A DNA stretch of 64,000 bases from Lepidodermella squamata. Lineage: Eukaryota > Animalia > Gastrotricha. Below, one piece after another: positions 36,838 through 52,481 of the stretch (positions are counted from its first letter, which is position 1; every line of letters begins with the position of its first letter). A program made the translations under genes and the position numbers. The notes under the pieces are model-generated. The model searched no databases. It was not told where the DNA came from and was given only the letters and a program-made list of their open reading frames with translations. The stretch covers positions 2,542,001 to 2,606,000 of the forward strand of contig JBLDXI010000013.1 in the NCBI GenBank assembly GCA_047495785.1, read 5' to 3'.

Positions 36838-38868
36838 TTATTGGCGTTGCAGATGAATCCAGAACGACACCCCAGGGTTCACGACGTTGGGCGATTGGCA
36901 GGCGTCAGCTTTCAGCGTGCAGCGCTTTTCACTCCTACGCAAAAAAATAATTTACGCATATAAATTCATTTTCAATTTTTTACCTGATGTAAGAGAACCC
37001 TCGGCACCGTTCGTCGTGGTGGCACTTTCCTGCGCATTCAGCCTCGCTTCCGTACACTTCATCGAGATACCGGCCGCCGCGGCAGTTGCCGTTCAGCTTG
37101 TGGAAGTACATCAAAATGTCCTGGTCCACCATTTGGTCGTTGAGTTCGCCGCCCATCGGCGCGTGGTCGATGTGGTCTGACGGGCTGAGGTCGATCATCG
37201 ATGGCGAGACAGTCTCAGGCACACCAGCCGCTTGCCAGCCGCCAATGTTCGGAGGCGCCGCACCGCCAGCTGTTCCGTCCTCGGCGAGTTTCTTGAAGAT
37301 CTGCCAGCCTCCGCAGTCGAACGACGTGATGAGTTTGCACGAACCGGAGCGGAATGAAACGCCGACGCAGAAGGTCTCGCGTTCCAGGCACATTTGCTTG
37401 CACTGTTCGGCCGACGTGGCGCCGTACTCTTCGGCGAATTTGATGCAGCGAACGGCGCGCATCTCGCGGAACAAGTCCTCTGATGAAAGAGACGGCGACA
37501 AAGCGTGAATAACATGGCCAGAATTTGATGATGATGATGAAGATGATGATGATACCGAGGCAAAAGATGAAGAAGATGTGGGGCTCAGCTGGTCGTCTTT
37601 ATTGTTGTTGTTAGTAGAAAATGACAAAAAATACGGGTGTTTGGCGTGATATATAATTCGAAAAAGCATTATTTGCGTTAATCTTGGTTAAACAAGCGCT
37701 ATTAGTAAAAATTTCAACAAAAAAATATTTCCTTAAAAGCGGGGCCGGCAAAAAAATCCGAACAAATAGAAATAATGCATACTTTTGCGGACGAAGGTCC
37801 ACATTGGGTGATGGCCTGAAAGTTCGCACTCCTTCGACTTGAGGTAGCACTGGTACGGGTCCTTTGTCGCGATCGAATAGCCGATACAGTCCGGAGCGTC
37901 GAGGCAAGCCCTTGAGCATTGATCATGGCCACGCATTTCATTCGAAATCACGCCGCCCTTACAGTGCTGCTGAGTGTCCTGGAAATGCTCGTCTGAAAAA
38001 AATATCGTTCAAAAAAGCCGCCTTAATTTTTCATATTTTTCTTACCTAATTTAGGCGAAGATCCATAGCTTCCAACAGCATCAGCTGCTACGACAGGGGA
38101 AGCAGCCGCTGATTCGTAGCCAGCCGATTCAGAGGCAGCGGCGCCTTCGGGCAGTACCTCGCCGTTGTCTGTCTTCTCGTAGAAAACCCAGACAGTCGGC
38201 GGCTTTTTCGAGCAGCCAGCCTCCTTCAAGATGCACTGCTGATCGCCAGTGATCAAGCGGATGAAACCGATGCATTTGTCCTGTCGAAGGCATTGGGCCG
38301 CGCACTCGCTGAGAGACCACGGCTCGCCATTGCCCATGTTCTTGCCAGCGCAGTGGAAATCGCGTTTCGTGAACGAGTTACCCATATTGCCAGGTGGGCC
38401 GTTCACAATGTCATCTCCGCCGGCTGAATGCGTATCGTAGCCATGATCAGCGGCCGGCGAGTGGCCGGGATCGGCGTTCCAATCGCTGTTGCCACCTGCC
38501 TGGTGAGACATGCCGCCAGAGCCGCCAGATCCAGCTAATATAGATTGGGGAAATTTGATAAGAAGGATGAAATGATCTCTATACTTACGTTTCCTGTAGA
38601 ACCGCCATAGTTCTGATGTCGCGAGTTCGCAGCTTTTGCCTTTTAGAATGCAGGTGAAGTTGTCCTTCATGTTGAAAACGTAGCCGGCGCAGTCTTCCCG
38701 AACGTCGCAGTACGCCGAGCACTGCGCGTGGTCCCACTGCATCAAATCGGTGACACCCTCGCCCTTGCAGTGCATGCCGGTATTTTCGTACTCGCGTTGA
38801 GCTAGCGCGAGGCCAGCGAAAACGGCCGCTGCTACAACAGCCGTCGACCAGGCTCGTTGACGAGACAT
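36838..38868 (-). CDS. Secreted protein with five PAN/apple-like domains; exons 38868-38589, 38534-38046, 37992-37783, 37596-36984, 36934-36838
   Basis: Signal peptide, then five repeats of C-x-C...CxxxC...CxG[FY]...CxLK...C...W separated by low-complexity G/S/A linkers. GT-AG introns keep frame. Confidence 0.85.
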
Positions 38869-41800
38869 AGCGCCAAGACCTCGCGGTGCAACTAAATCGT
38901 TTTATATCGAAAATCTAAGACCTAGCAGAAAACAGCGGAATTTCGATGTTATATAGTCGCAGGAAGATGAACTTGAGAAATCGTTCGATTTGAGGTAACG
39001 AAAACAACAATAATAGCTTAAACTTTGAGAACCTTTTTGTTGTTATTGTTGCGTGGGCGGTTCCTGTTTTAGAGGCGCGGACGGCCGGCGACGCTTCACC
39101 TTAATGCCAGCGACTAAATATTAATAGCACGAAGAATAATAAAACACGTTTTTGCTCGAGATGGGTAATATAATTGCGTTATATAAGCGCGATGTATGAA
39201 CTTGAGCGTTGAGCTTTTCCGGCTTCTTCGTTTTCGGGACGCGCGGCCAATTATAGCGAAGACCAAAGACGAGCGCGTCGCCTCAGCCCAGATCATTATT
39301 CTAAAGAATGAATGAATCTACAATGAGGTGACAGGGGTCGTTTACGCCCGTCTTAATACAGGCACCTTGGCTGTTGATATTATGGTTATTAATATTACTA
39401 TTACTATTGAAACGTGGCCATGATTCGGCCAATAAGTAGTAGTGGCGGGCGAGTTGGCCTCGGCGTGTGTCGCGTGTCCCGATTTATCCTCAGGCGCCTG
39501 TGAACCCTCTACCGGCTAACCAGCTGTTTATTGACTTTTGAGTACGCGAGTCTCGTCGCCTGAATATAACGACGGGCGCGACTCGGCACCGGGTTTGCTT
39601 TGAAACATCACGCCGCCCGCAAACAAGTCGCGTAGTGTAAAAACACGGCGGAATAGCGAATTAGCGAACGAAAGGAATGAAACAAACAGTAATAAGTACC
39701 ACAGTTCGATGTCGAGACGAAATAGAGATAGAGATAGCAGATGAATGATGACCTGCCGGTCGAATTACGATTGCGCGTGTTCGTCGCGGCTTTGTGTAAT
39801 AAACGACAAATACCTAACTAGCCTGCCTACAATAAAGCTGACCCTGTGCGAGAAAACTTCCTGCTTTCATGAGCGCACACAGGTCATTAGTTTTGCCCTT
39901 TTGCAGTTATTCCACAGCACAGACAGACGGACGGACCGACGGAACAGTGTATCATCAAGTCACGCAACTGATGGATCATGCCAACACTCTAATTGCATGT
40001 ATATTACAACAATAAAAGGTGTTATCACTTATACTCGGGTTCACCAGGCAGCAATAAAGAAGAAGACGGCTCCAGGTGTTCTAGGGCCTTTTTATTATAC
40101 CTACACTGTACCCAGCGCGGCAATAGCAATAATAGTAATAACAATAGTAATAAGAAATTGAAAAATCAGCCGAAGATCGGCTATCAACGACAAAGTTTTC
40201 GCGAAAATGGTGATCACGCGCGTGAAGAAAAATGTCCAACTAAAAACAAGTGTGAAAACAAGGTATTTATATAGTATAATGAGAAAAAAGATTGCAAAAT
40301 GCCTTGGGCTATATCAGCCGCTAATAGGAGATGGTGTTGAGAGGGGTCAGAAACGTGTGCGTTTAGCGCGACAAAAACACGTCGTCAAGTTTTTAACTTT
40401 TTGCGATAAAACAAAACGCGCATTTGTTTCAGCGCACGTCTGCTGCTTTTTGCGACCTGCGCGCGCGCGCGCGCGTTTGTAATAATGAGCGCAAAACATA
40501 TGCGACACTTTTGGTGTCAAATGACGAGTAATTTCTTCTTCTTCTTCTTGTTTCTTATGACATGTGTGCGCTGGCGATGATGATGGCGGTGGTGAAGAGC
40601 CGTGATGGTGGTGCTGGAAGACGACACGGTTTTGCCTGAGACGCCTTCGGGCTGTTTGCGAACGGTGCCGCTAAAAAGGCGCAAAAATTCGTGTTTTTAG
40701 ACGCGGCGGCGGCTCCAGAGCGCGTTATTTGTATAGTTGTCTCTATTTCTCGATTTTTGCTTGCCTAAAGCCCGCCATTATTTTTAGCGCGCGGAATTTC
40801 AAGAAAGTGGCGCCGGAGCGACACTCGCAGCAACACAAAGCAGGTGACAAATGAAGCGCATTATCATTATTACCATTGCTTGTTGTTATTTTAGCCGTCC
40901 GTGTCCGCTTTGTGTTGACAAGTATACTTGTATAACAACACCTCGGATGAGTTGTCAGCAGCATGTATGTGCGAGGTATTGTTGATGATAAAAGTTGATG
41001 TCTCGTTATTTATTATTGTTTTATTATCAGTCGGCGATATTCTTCTTCGCCCGCGCCGTGAAACTTGACTCGAAGTTATAGGTATAAGTTATAAGCTTAC
41101 AGCTTGTTTGCCCGCTCATCATGTCATCGGCATCAGGAGCATCAGGATGCTTGAGTGTAAACAAGGCGATTTATGATGATGATGACAGTGATGACATGTA
41201 GTCGCTTGCAATGCGTGTATCTCCTGAAAAGCCCGAGCGGAAGCGTATGAGAAACTATTATTAGTTCAATTATTATAACCATGGAAAAATATGACAATGT
41301 TATGATCTGCTCCGTTGAACATCCACAGTTGTTTGAAACAAAAATGGGCTTCGAAAATCGAGTAAAAAAATGAAATATAAAAACAGCTTTATTCAGTTGA
41401 CTACAACATCCTAAAACACGCGTACCCCAATAGTGGTAAAACAGGTATGGTATAATATTAAATAAAAGTCACGTTGAATTGAGACTTAAGCTGCTGAAGC
41501 TGGCCTACGTTCTCAGGTGTCATTTGGTGATAGCTTGTTATTTCATAAGTATTGACGGTAGACGGAGCCATTATAATCATCGTAAAAGAGCGAGGAACTC
41601 AACACCGAAATCGCCTCGATTTCCACCATTAGTCGACGTCCTAAACTGTTATAATAATAAGTGCTCAAGAATCATGAGCCGGCTTAAAAACCACGCTTTT
41701 TGCTCATGTTCGAGCAACAACCTCGAGCAAAATTAGACGAGAGATGAGTCATACTTTTTGTCACCGAACTTTTTTTTTGGCGCCTGATTTTATATCAGAA

Positions 41801-42818
41801 TCGGATTCAGCACGTCGAATTAGAGTACCCCTGCCAAACCATTTTGCTTGAAAGTTTAAATTTTGATCTCAACTGAGCAAAAGGTAAATCAACTACATGT
41901 TGACCTGATTCATATTAAACAATTTTTTATTTGGAGTTTGCGGCGCACCCGTTCACTCATTATTTTCCGCTCAAAAATCAAAGAGTTGCCCATGAGATGG
42001 CGCATCTTTTGACACCCAAACTGCCCCACCTCCGACTCACTACCAGGTACTGCTTTCCTAGAGTATGGACATCAGCTCACGTGAGTATTTTTCAAAATTG
42101 ATTGCGGCATCATATTCCCCGAACTCCATTTCATATGTCCGTAATAAACAATGTATGGGTTCGAATTTATTTTGAAATTTATCGATTATGTATTGGCTTA
42201 CACGGCAGCGAGGGCCATTTTTTAAACTGCTCTACAGCTTCGGAATCCATTCTTTCGGGCCACTTGAAACATGACAATCGCCAAATTTCTGGTTCGTATC
42301 GCTGACTTGGAGAATGCCTTGGGAGAATGGGTTGGACAAGCTAAAGATATGGCACTCCAACCTATATATTTAATTTCCCATAAATAAACTTCTAAGTGGC
42401 CCTCCAACTTCCAAGGAGCGTCAAAATGTTAAACACGCGAAGACCTGGCGCTCCGACAACTCGTGGAGATCGTAAAACACGTGCCTCTTCTGGTATTTAA
42501 AAAAATCTAACATAGTCCAAAAGGTCGCTGCTAAATGTTTTATGACTCATGTGTCTATTCTGAGGAGTTGCAGCCTAAGCAGTTGCCAAATAAAATTGCA
42601 TCATCCAGCCGTCGCCATCTTTAACAACTAAAACCGCCGTCAAATGCGTTTTTGGCTCACGATTCTTTTAAACAACTGCAAGCACTTTTATCATCAAATT
42701 TTCTTTAGGGAAAAATCATTTTGGCTTAAAACGCCTATAAGCCCGTGAATGCAACTTAATTGCCTACAAGTTCAACAAGTGACGCGTAACAAAACAGAAA
42801 TCGATCAAAACATTGAAA

Positions 42819-43526
42819 ATGGCTTCAAGATATTCAGACAGGTAACTCGTGAATTAATTTCTTATTTTCCATACTAATTCCAAACTATTCTTATACAGAG
42901 ATGACTTCGATCAAAATGATATCAACTACATGAATGTCTCGCTTGATGGCTCCAGAGATATGGCTGTCATCTCTGCTTTTGCTTTTGAGGACGAATCGAC
43001 CGCACCTATCGCTCGAATCGAAAATCCTGTTTCAGCCGAATTTATGGGAACAGATCTGAAAAGCACACTCGAACGAGGAAAAAATCGCCCGTTCAAAGAC
43101 GTTCAACTCGAGGTTGGCTTTCACAAAGAGCGACGATTTTCCGAGACGATGCCAGATCACGACTTTGACCGTGAAGTCGAAAAAATCAGGCTTCGACGCC
43201 AATCGAAGAATTCGGCTGACGATGTTCCAAAACGCAGCGTTGCTCTTTGGCCAAGCCAGCTTACTAAGGACAAGCCGAAAAATACGACACCTGTTGAGCG
43301 TATCGCTACTCCCAGCAGGATCTCTCGCGGGAAAAAGATCAGTCAAGCAGATGTGATGTTTCTACCCTATCAAACGGTCGATGCTCACCAGAAAGTTGTT
43401 AGGCCGCCTCCGGTTTATCACCGCGCCTATTCTGATGAATCTGGACTGGGTTCATGGCTTGTTTCCTCACTCAGGTCATTTTTCTCTTCGGCTGATTCTG
43501 GCATCGAAACTGATTCCCATAAATAG
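42819..43526 (+). CDS. Unassigned protein (~217 aa); exons 42819-42841, 42899-43526
   Basis: MASRYSD micro-exon with GTAACT donor and TACTAAT branch site joins in frame to the 198-aa ORF. AATAAA at ~43602. Confidence 0.7.
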
Positions 43527-44305
43527 AATTATCCACCTCAACGCAATTTATTTGCTTCAATTTCCGCCTCAATTATTATCATTCCCATTACTTGATGCGA
43601 AATAAAATACGGTCTTTGCACTCATGTGGTTCAGGTTCAATTTACACGACTACTGATGATTGTACTGGTGATGCATGAATGGAGAAGATAAGCTATCACA
43701 GGCGGCAAGCCACCAACGTAACTGCCCTTAATGTCCCCAGCGGATGTTTGCATGATATAGTTATTCATAAGATAGAGATCTAGCGATGCTGGCCAATATT
43801 CTAGAAATGAAAACTTAGTAATCCGGATTTAAAATTGTTTTCGACTCCCGCTGAACGATCAAATTGACAATTAATATGCCGTAGATAAGATCTTCGCACC
43901 CATTAGCACTAGCTATGATGGAACACAACTAAAGCAGCTTTTCATTTCGGGATATATTTTTTATTAATCATTCGATAAATAATTTCAAGTAAACTCTGCC
44001 AACTTGAACCGATATGTTTTAAAAATTAAGAAGCATGATCCAGCCTTCATTTATTTACAAGGTTTATTTACCAAATGTCAAGGTAAAAGAGGATCAAATC
44101 GCAAATTTTCTATTCAAGAGAGCTGTTTGCATTTTCGCAATCAAAATACGTATCATCAGACCATGTTGCCATTCTGGGATAACAATTTACACCGAAACGT
44201 TGACGTAGTTTTATTAACACCACAACGTAAAGAGTGAAAAGTAGTTGACAGGAAATAACAATATAGCAAAATCCGTCATTTTTAGTTTTGGAAATGGAGC
44301 GATTC

Positions 44306-45134
44306 CTAATCTGAACGCCTGCGGCGACGGTTGTTATTTTCTTGCTCTTCACGGCGCATCAGGAGAACCAAAATGCGACGGAAAACGCCCATGGCGTCAA
44401 TGAACAAGTCGAGAGCATGTCTAAAAACATTGAAACATAAGTTTTAAACATTTCAACTTGACTCTGAACTTACGCAACAAAATCAGTGTCGCCGAGTTTG
44501 CGCTTCTCGACGATGGCTTGTGTATCATAGATAATGAATCCGCAGAAAATCGCCAGACCAATGTAGAGTTCCAGGGTGAAAAAAACGGTTGAGCGGAAAA
44601 AGATATTGGCCAAGCTTCCGATAGCAAGATAGAAAAGACCAGACATGCAAATGCCGCCGAGGTGCAAGTATGAACCTGGGGCTGAAAACAAAGCAGCGGC
44701 GGTGAAACCGGCGAAAACAATAGCAGTTAGGGCAACTGCTGTGATTATCAGCGAAGGCTTGATGGCGACAGCAATCGTAAGGAGAGGTCCCAAGCTGAGA
44801 CCGCTGCAAAACCCAGCTCCAAGGAGAATAAAAATGCGTTTCCTGATGGTATCGACTGCGTGAGGAATGCTAAGGAGCCATAGAACCAGAACCAAGTCGA
44901 CCAGTCCGGCGCCAAACGCCATACCCATCGAAAAGTTCTTCGTTAGAGACAGGCATCCTCCCAATGAGGCTGCCCCAAGAGCCATTGTCAAGGTAGCATA
45001 TACATTACGAAGATGGCTTTGCACCGTCTTCGCTCTAGGAAAGAATAAATGCTCATTGATTATTCCATGAAAATACTTAAATCCGCGACTTACGTGTATT
45101 CTTCAGGCATTCTGAAGGTCCGTTGGTAATCCAT
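44306..45134 (-). CDS. TMBIM6: Bax inhibitor-1; 3 exons
   Basis: VQSHLRNVYATL, GLSLGPLL, LYIGLAIFCGFIIYDTQAIVEKRKLGDTDFV, HALDLFID..GVFRRILVLL and basic tail. Confidence 0.93.
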
Positions 45135-46169
45135 AGTTGAAAATAACAAGTAAAAAGTTTCTAAAAACAAAAACATAATGTGGTCAGACTTTCTACGGCA
45201 AATGGCCGATAATTTTGCACAGCCAAGCATCATTATCATGTACCCTACCTTAACATTCAAAACATTCAAAAACGGTTAACATTCAAAAGCGACGAACTAG
45301 GTTGAGAAGGACAAAATCAATCATCAGGTAAGCGGCAACCATCATACTAAGATAGCTTGGTCAATAAAAGGTACGAATAGAAACATAGATCATGAATATT
45401 CAATAAATATAGTGAAAATCTCCGAGCTGCAATTAGCAACGTCTTTCTTATGGCACTATGACCGTTTAACAACAATCGACGACGATCGACTGTTCCCGAC
45501 TGTTCCCGAACATATGCTGACGTTGCTCGAAAACCTGACCCCTTAACTCTACTGCCAAAAAACTGAAACCGATCTCGGATGACGTCATTCACTATTACTG
45601 AATCCACATATCTACATGAATCATTAATATTAATATGAATTGACGATTTTTTATAGAGCGATGTGAAATTGGCAAAGCAGTAACTTTTGTAATCACCTGA
45701 TCGTTTTTAGATTAGATTTTTTTATTTTATTTTCTAAAGTCGTCCCACTGTCCTTGTTGGCATGATTTCATCGCTTTAAATCTCGCAGTCTTTAGATTTG
45801 CATTTGCTATCAGTGAGTGCAGCTGAAATCAAGCTCAAGTCGTTGTTAGTCAAATCGTTCCTGAGGACATTTTTCTGAACCCCGACGCTGTAACTTAATT
45901 TGGTCTCAGGTTGATGAATCATATCCATTCTTCGCTTTATATTTACAGTCTTTTACGTAATATATTGCGTAACACAGCTGTGATTGTTCAATCAGAGCAG
46001 TGGCATGTTACACAGGTTTAAGAGCTTCAAGCTTATCTGAGTTTTTATTGTTTCACAATTTCTGAGATTCCATACAGCCCTCTATGCTTCATACAACATG
46101 CAGCCTTTCCTTTTGTCTTTGGTTCTAACTCACCAATTTTAATTCAGTTTCAGGTAGTGTAATTTGATA

Positions 46170-47330
<1,161 letters not shown>

Positions 47331-47795
47331 TGCTAAATCGAAAAGGTGCCTCTACAATTTTTATCAAATGCTCTGTTAGAAATATATTCCGATTCCTCGT
47401 GTTATCAAGCTCATATTTTGATTGTCGGAAGGAAATTTACTCTGGTCAATGGAAGCCGCTCCGTCTAGGATCTTTTTATCTAGCTTATCCGATTGTTTTT
47501 TGACTTTGTGACGATGTAAGACTCGCTATTGCGCTTAAATTCTTTGTTCTCCATTTCATCGCTTTCGTGTAATTGAGCTTATTTCGTCTTCTTCTTGTTT
47601 CTTATGATAAAGCAAACATGCAATCATCATTTTAACGCCTTAGCTCTTATAAAGACGGATGGTTGTGCCGGGATTTGGTACATTTTAAATTAACCCTTTG
47701 ACGCCTTGGTACTTTAAAGAAAATCGTGATAAACATTTTGTCGTTAACTAATCGCTATCTCTTTTAACTTTAGATTTTAGATAGATTAGCTATAA

Positions 47796-48470
47796 ATGAC
47801 TGTTGTATCAAACGAAGCGTGTGATAGCTTATTGGTGTTGCTTAAGGTTTGTCAAACGCTGCTTTGGTTGAACGTTTAATAACCAAAATATTTGTATTCA
47901 ACAGGCTTCAGCTAAAGATCAAGTGGCTAAGACATGTGAAATAGCATTTGACTGTGTTGCGGGCTCCGTTAAAGCTTCGGATGCAGTCAGTTTGGAGGGA
48001 TTCCCGCCAGATGCTACTCGCGAAGAACGGGAAAAACTGCTCACTAGTCTTGCTGAAGTGTTCGAAAAATCACTGGGACTAGACGCAGCTAGCATTGCTA
48101 ATGCTTTCCCTGCCGAATTTCATCGGCAGCTTCGGGATCTATTAATCAGAATAATTTTACAAAGGCAACAAGATTGGTCTTCAAAATTAGCAAAAGCCCG
48201 AGGTTTGAGATCTTATTTCGGGATTTATCAACGATTTTACTTGCTTTTATCATAGCTGGAGTGCCATGGCTACGGTCTTTTACTTGTACCCCCATTGAAG
48301 CTAGTCAACAAGGTCAATCTTATGTGGCAATGACGGTTGAAATTGGGTCTGGAGCCGCGACAAACACTCCTCGCGTGTTATCTTTGACTGCCAATCCCTC
48401 AAATCTGGCAAATGTGACGGGTAAAATGCGTCAATTGGCAGACCAACTCGAATCAATTGCGAATCGATAG
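47796..48470 (+). CDS. COMMD9: COMM domain-containing protein 9; 3 exons
   Basis: N-terminus ...SLLVLLK|ASAKDQVAKTCEIAF resembles COMMD9 (LQSLLKASSKDVV). FPAEFHRQLRDLL..II and C-terminal ...GKMRQLADQLESIA. Confidence 0.75.
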
Positions 48471-49329
48471 TTTACTGGTTTGTTTTATGCACCCAAAATA
48501 ACAGCAAAAACCTATTGTGATATAAGCAATAACTGCAAATTTAATTGATGCTTTGATTTCTACGCTGCTCATATTATATTACTATTAATATCATCATTTC
48601 CGCCGTGATTGCAAGGCCAGAGGATCAGTGGTGCTATACAACGACGTGGGCGTTCCCAGCCAAAATAAACAGACGATTGTAATGCTTCTTAACCGTAAAC
48701 ATGCCTTGGAGTAACGCGCAGTTGTTATCGCGGCGTATTTGTAATGAGAGAAACGGCGGTGTGTATGTTTTTTATCAGTGAGAGCCCGCTTTTTTTCCCC
48801 TAACAGTCAATACTCATCCCATTTAGAACTAGTCGATTGGCGGTCGCCCAGCAAAAGTACGTCATAATCGTACTCATCGTGCAAGGTTGAAGCGCCCGTG
48901 CATATAGCGAACGTGAAGTGTGCTGGAAAGGTGTAATTTTTTCGCCTGCATAATCTCGGCGGCGTGGCGCTGCGTGCAATATGTATCTCTCTTCCCTCGT
49001 AGCATAAAAAATCACCAGTGTCTTGAATAACACACGTGCGTAATCATTGTCGCGCGTATTTGATATATTATAGGTATTTTTTTATCCTATTGCCAAGAGC
49101 CGTAGTCCACTACAGAAAGCACCGCTCGTTTTTTTCATGCAAGCCAAAATGAATAAGCTATTCACTCAATTTTTTCTTAGTCAGGTGGCCGATGGTATGT
49201 TTTTTCTTGAATTAAATTCGAGTTCGCAGCGTCCACTTGCCTTATTCTCATCTAATTGCGGCAGTCAAGGGTGCATTTATTCATATATTTTTAGAATTTT
49301 TATTAATTTACTTAACTGCGCACAACACC

Positions 49330-50749
49330 ATGGGAAAGCAATCGACTGAAACTGCCTGTTCTTCAGCTGCTGATTGCCCATTTCACTCGTTTCTCGATTT
49401 TGCTGCCAGTTGGCAGAATCCGGTCGTCAGTGTTGGATGTTTAGTCACTGTTAATGCAATTTATTGGTAAATATTTTCTTAAGACTAGCCATATTGATGA
49501 TGATATACTTCTGCCTTTCAGGGTCGTGATGCCCTTGACATCTACAATTACTCTGGCCGCTATTGTTGGCTCTGTTTTCATGCTAGTCGATATCGCTGCC
49601 TATGTCGGCAAATTACCAACCTCTCCATCGGCTGTAAAGGAAAAGCAGCAGTCTTCTTCCGAATGCAGCTGTTGTCTTAACAAGGTGTGGCGCTCCCCGT
49701 GCCTCGAAGGCTACTTCCCATCACTCCGCAGCCGTGCGCGCTTGTTAATTGGCCTAGCAAGCGCTATCGGCCTGTTCTTGACTTCAGTTATCGGCGTGCA
49801 GCTATCTACCCTCGTCTACATTGGTGCCTCAATGAAATTTCTTTCAAAACCTCTTCATTTGGCCGAAAGGTCGGAATTCCCTATCGTCGCGCGTCTTTTC
49901 GACTCCATTCTCGCTCTACGTCCTGATGCTTCTTCTATCTGCAGCTCTCAGCCTTCATCCCCCTCGCCTGGTAATTAAAAATTAGCAAAATTTCTATTCA
50001 AACAGCAAAATTAGCAAAATTGGTTTAATCTAAAAAGTTATAAGTGGGTTAAGTGCGAAAAAGAAACCCAGTTTTCACGTGCATTCGTGTTGGTCATCAT
50101 GGAAAAGTTTGTTTACGCTGTCATAAAATCACGCCCACATAAGTAAAGAAAATGACTCTTATTTGCTGAAAATTGCCTGAATAAATTCCACCAGTGGGCG
50201 TTACCACCTGCCGGCCATCATAATATCCGCCTGAGGCTGAAATATTAGTGTAAAATAGGACAGTCAATTTTAATTTGATATCAATATTCAGAATGAAATG
50301 ATAATTTAACCAACATTTTTCATTTAGATCCGGTGCTAAAGAACCCATCGACGCCTTCAAAGCGGTCTTCTTATGTGTTCAAAGTCGACCCGATGGACAT
50401 GGAGCTGACATCGCCAGAAAAATCGACCACCCCGAACCCGGACCAGGACGAGCTAGCGCCGTACATGCCATCGCAGAGCGCCATCGATGAGGACCTATTG
50501 TCGAACCCCGAGTCGACCGAAGACATTTCAGCCTCGCTAATGCCGCAGGCCAACGTTTCGGACGCGTCACTGCTCATGTCTCTCCGTTACCAGCATGACG
50601 ATACTGTCGGTGAAAGCATGTTGATGGAAGAGCGTTCGAGCCAGGAAGATCTCGAAGAATTCGAACTGGTCGAGAGTAACTCGGAAAGCGGCTCACTCAC
50701 CAACATCCACGCCTCGTCGTCTTCCTCGCAATATCCGCAGCAGAAATGA
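49330..50749 (+). CDS. FAM134/RETREG-like reticulophagy receptor; 3 exons
   Basis: Reticulon-homology start (SWQNPVVS...VNAIYW) with two hydrophobic hairpins. Acidic disordered tail containing LIR-like EEFELV (cf. FAM134B DDFELL). Confidence 0.72.
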
Positions 50750-52481
50750 AGCCGGAAAAACCAGTGAAATTATTGCCGTTTCCCGAGACATTTATATTCA
50801 TTAAAATCACCCATGTTCCCTTACTTATCGTGGTCTTGTGAGAGAAACGTTTTGAATACAGATGTATATCATTCTCGTAAACTTTCATTGTTTCTCTCTG
50901 AAATACTTCTCACGGATTTTTCTGTATGTCAACTGTCTGTTTTTATACGAAAAGAAAAAGAAATTAATCGAGAGCTTGTCATTGTTTAATAAAATTCGTG
51001 TAGCGAGCAGATAATTTGTGGCGGGGCTTATTACTGCGTCTGTTGTGATTCAATTTTTGATTTTATTGCCGGAAAATTGTGGCGTCTTCTCATTTCGTGT
51101 CTTTAGCCTAGCAGTGTTTAGCTCGCTTACATTTTTTTATATAAACCATTTTATTGCATTTTAGCAGCTGAAAATCTAGCCAAAATCGTGTAAAAAAAAT
51201 CGCAATCAATAGCCTACTATTTGCCCGATGATTAATGATTGACCTGTAAATAAAGTTTTTAGCATTCTTTTTTACTCGAGGAGCACGTATCAAGGCTTCC
51301 CTAAAATTGAGAATTTCTCATTTTACTAAAAAAAAAATCATACCCGTGTCATGTGTTCTCGCTATCCCATACTGCTCGCTTCATTATACGGTTTATTTTG
51401 CTATACTTTCTGATGAATAGCTCGGTTTGATGATGACTTTTAGCGAGTGATTTTACTTGAGTGTGGTTTTCTCTTTTTTAACCTAGTTTTCCTCACGATT
51501 TCGCAAAATCACGTATATATATCGCTTGGTGAATTTTTTTCCAAGACTCCTCGGACTTAAATTATGTTTTCAAGCGTTTCCAACTGTGTTCGATTGAATT
51601 ATATACTTATTATCAAAAGAGAAGTTATATGATTAATAGATGATTATTTGCCATGTCTTTTCACTGAGATGCATATAAAATTATATCTTGAATGTGCACC
51701 GTGGATTAACTTGCCTTGTCACCGGTATTTTAATCTAACGCGTTCATTATTATTATTATTTGTTCACTACCTACTTCATGTTTTTTCTTGTGCAAATCAA
51801 CAACGGCGAAATTTTGTCACTCTGTCACTCATATATATAGCTACCGAGAAAAGAGGCGTAATAATAATAACGTGGAATAAAATGTTGAGTGTTTTAATCA
51901 CGAGCGCTGGTTTTATAATTAATATAATTTTGCCGTTCTCCTTTATCTCACACGCGAGAGGAAAGGCGCGATAATTAGCTAATTCATCCAGTTGCTGATA
52001 GCAACGCAACAGGTACAAAGTTTCAATTGCTCCCAAGATGGACGATTGCTCGTGAAATGACTCAAAATTTGCACGTGGTTTGATTGGAAAGAAACCATTC
52101 AGACAGAACAATTTTACTACTTATTCTAGCTATTAAGGCGTTGCGTGTCAGAATCTATCGATGCAATTTCTACTGTTGTTGTCACTTATGGCGCGTTTTT
52201 TACGGTAGCGTTGGTAAGATGCACGCGCCTTGCATGGTAACGTCTTGAAGAACACGCAAATTCCTAACCGGCAGTGCTGCGCCTAGCTGGCTAGTTCGTT
52301 ATTATTTAATGAGGGTGACTGCTGCGATCGTACTCACCTATGTAGGAGCGAAAAAAACGCAAGAAAATCCATTCCGACAGAATTCATTGTGTGCGGTCTG
52401 GAATTATTGAAGGAGAAGCCTTTCTCAACTATTTTTCATTCTGTCAATTTTATTCGAAAAAGTCAAAACCCGGCTTGAATA

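Noticed and set aside
40459-40474. (GC)n run, potential Z-DNA
   Set aside because: Short microsatellite with no evidence of function.
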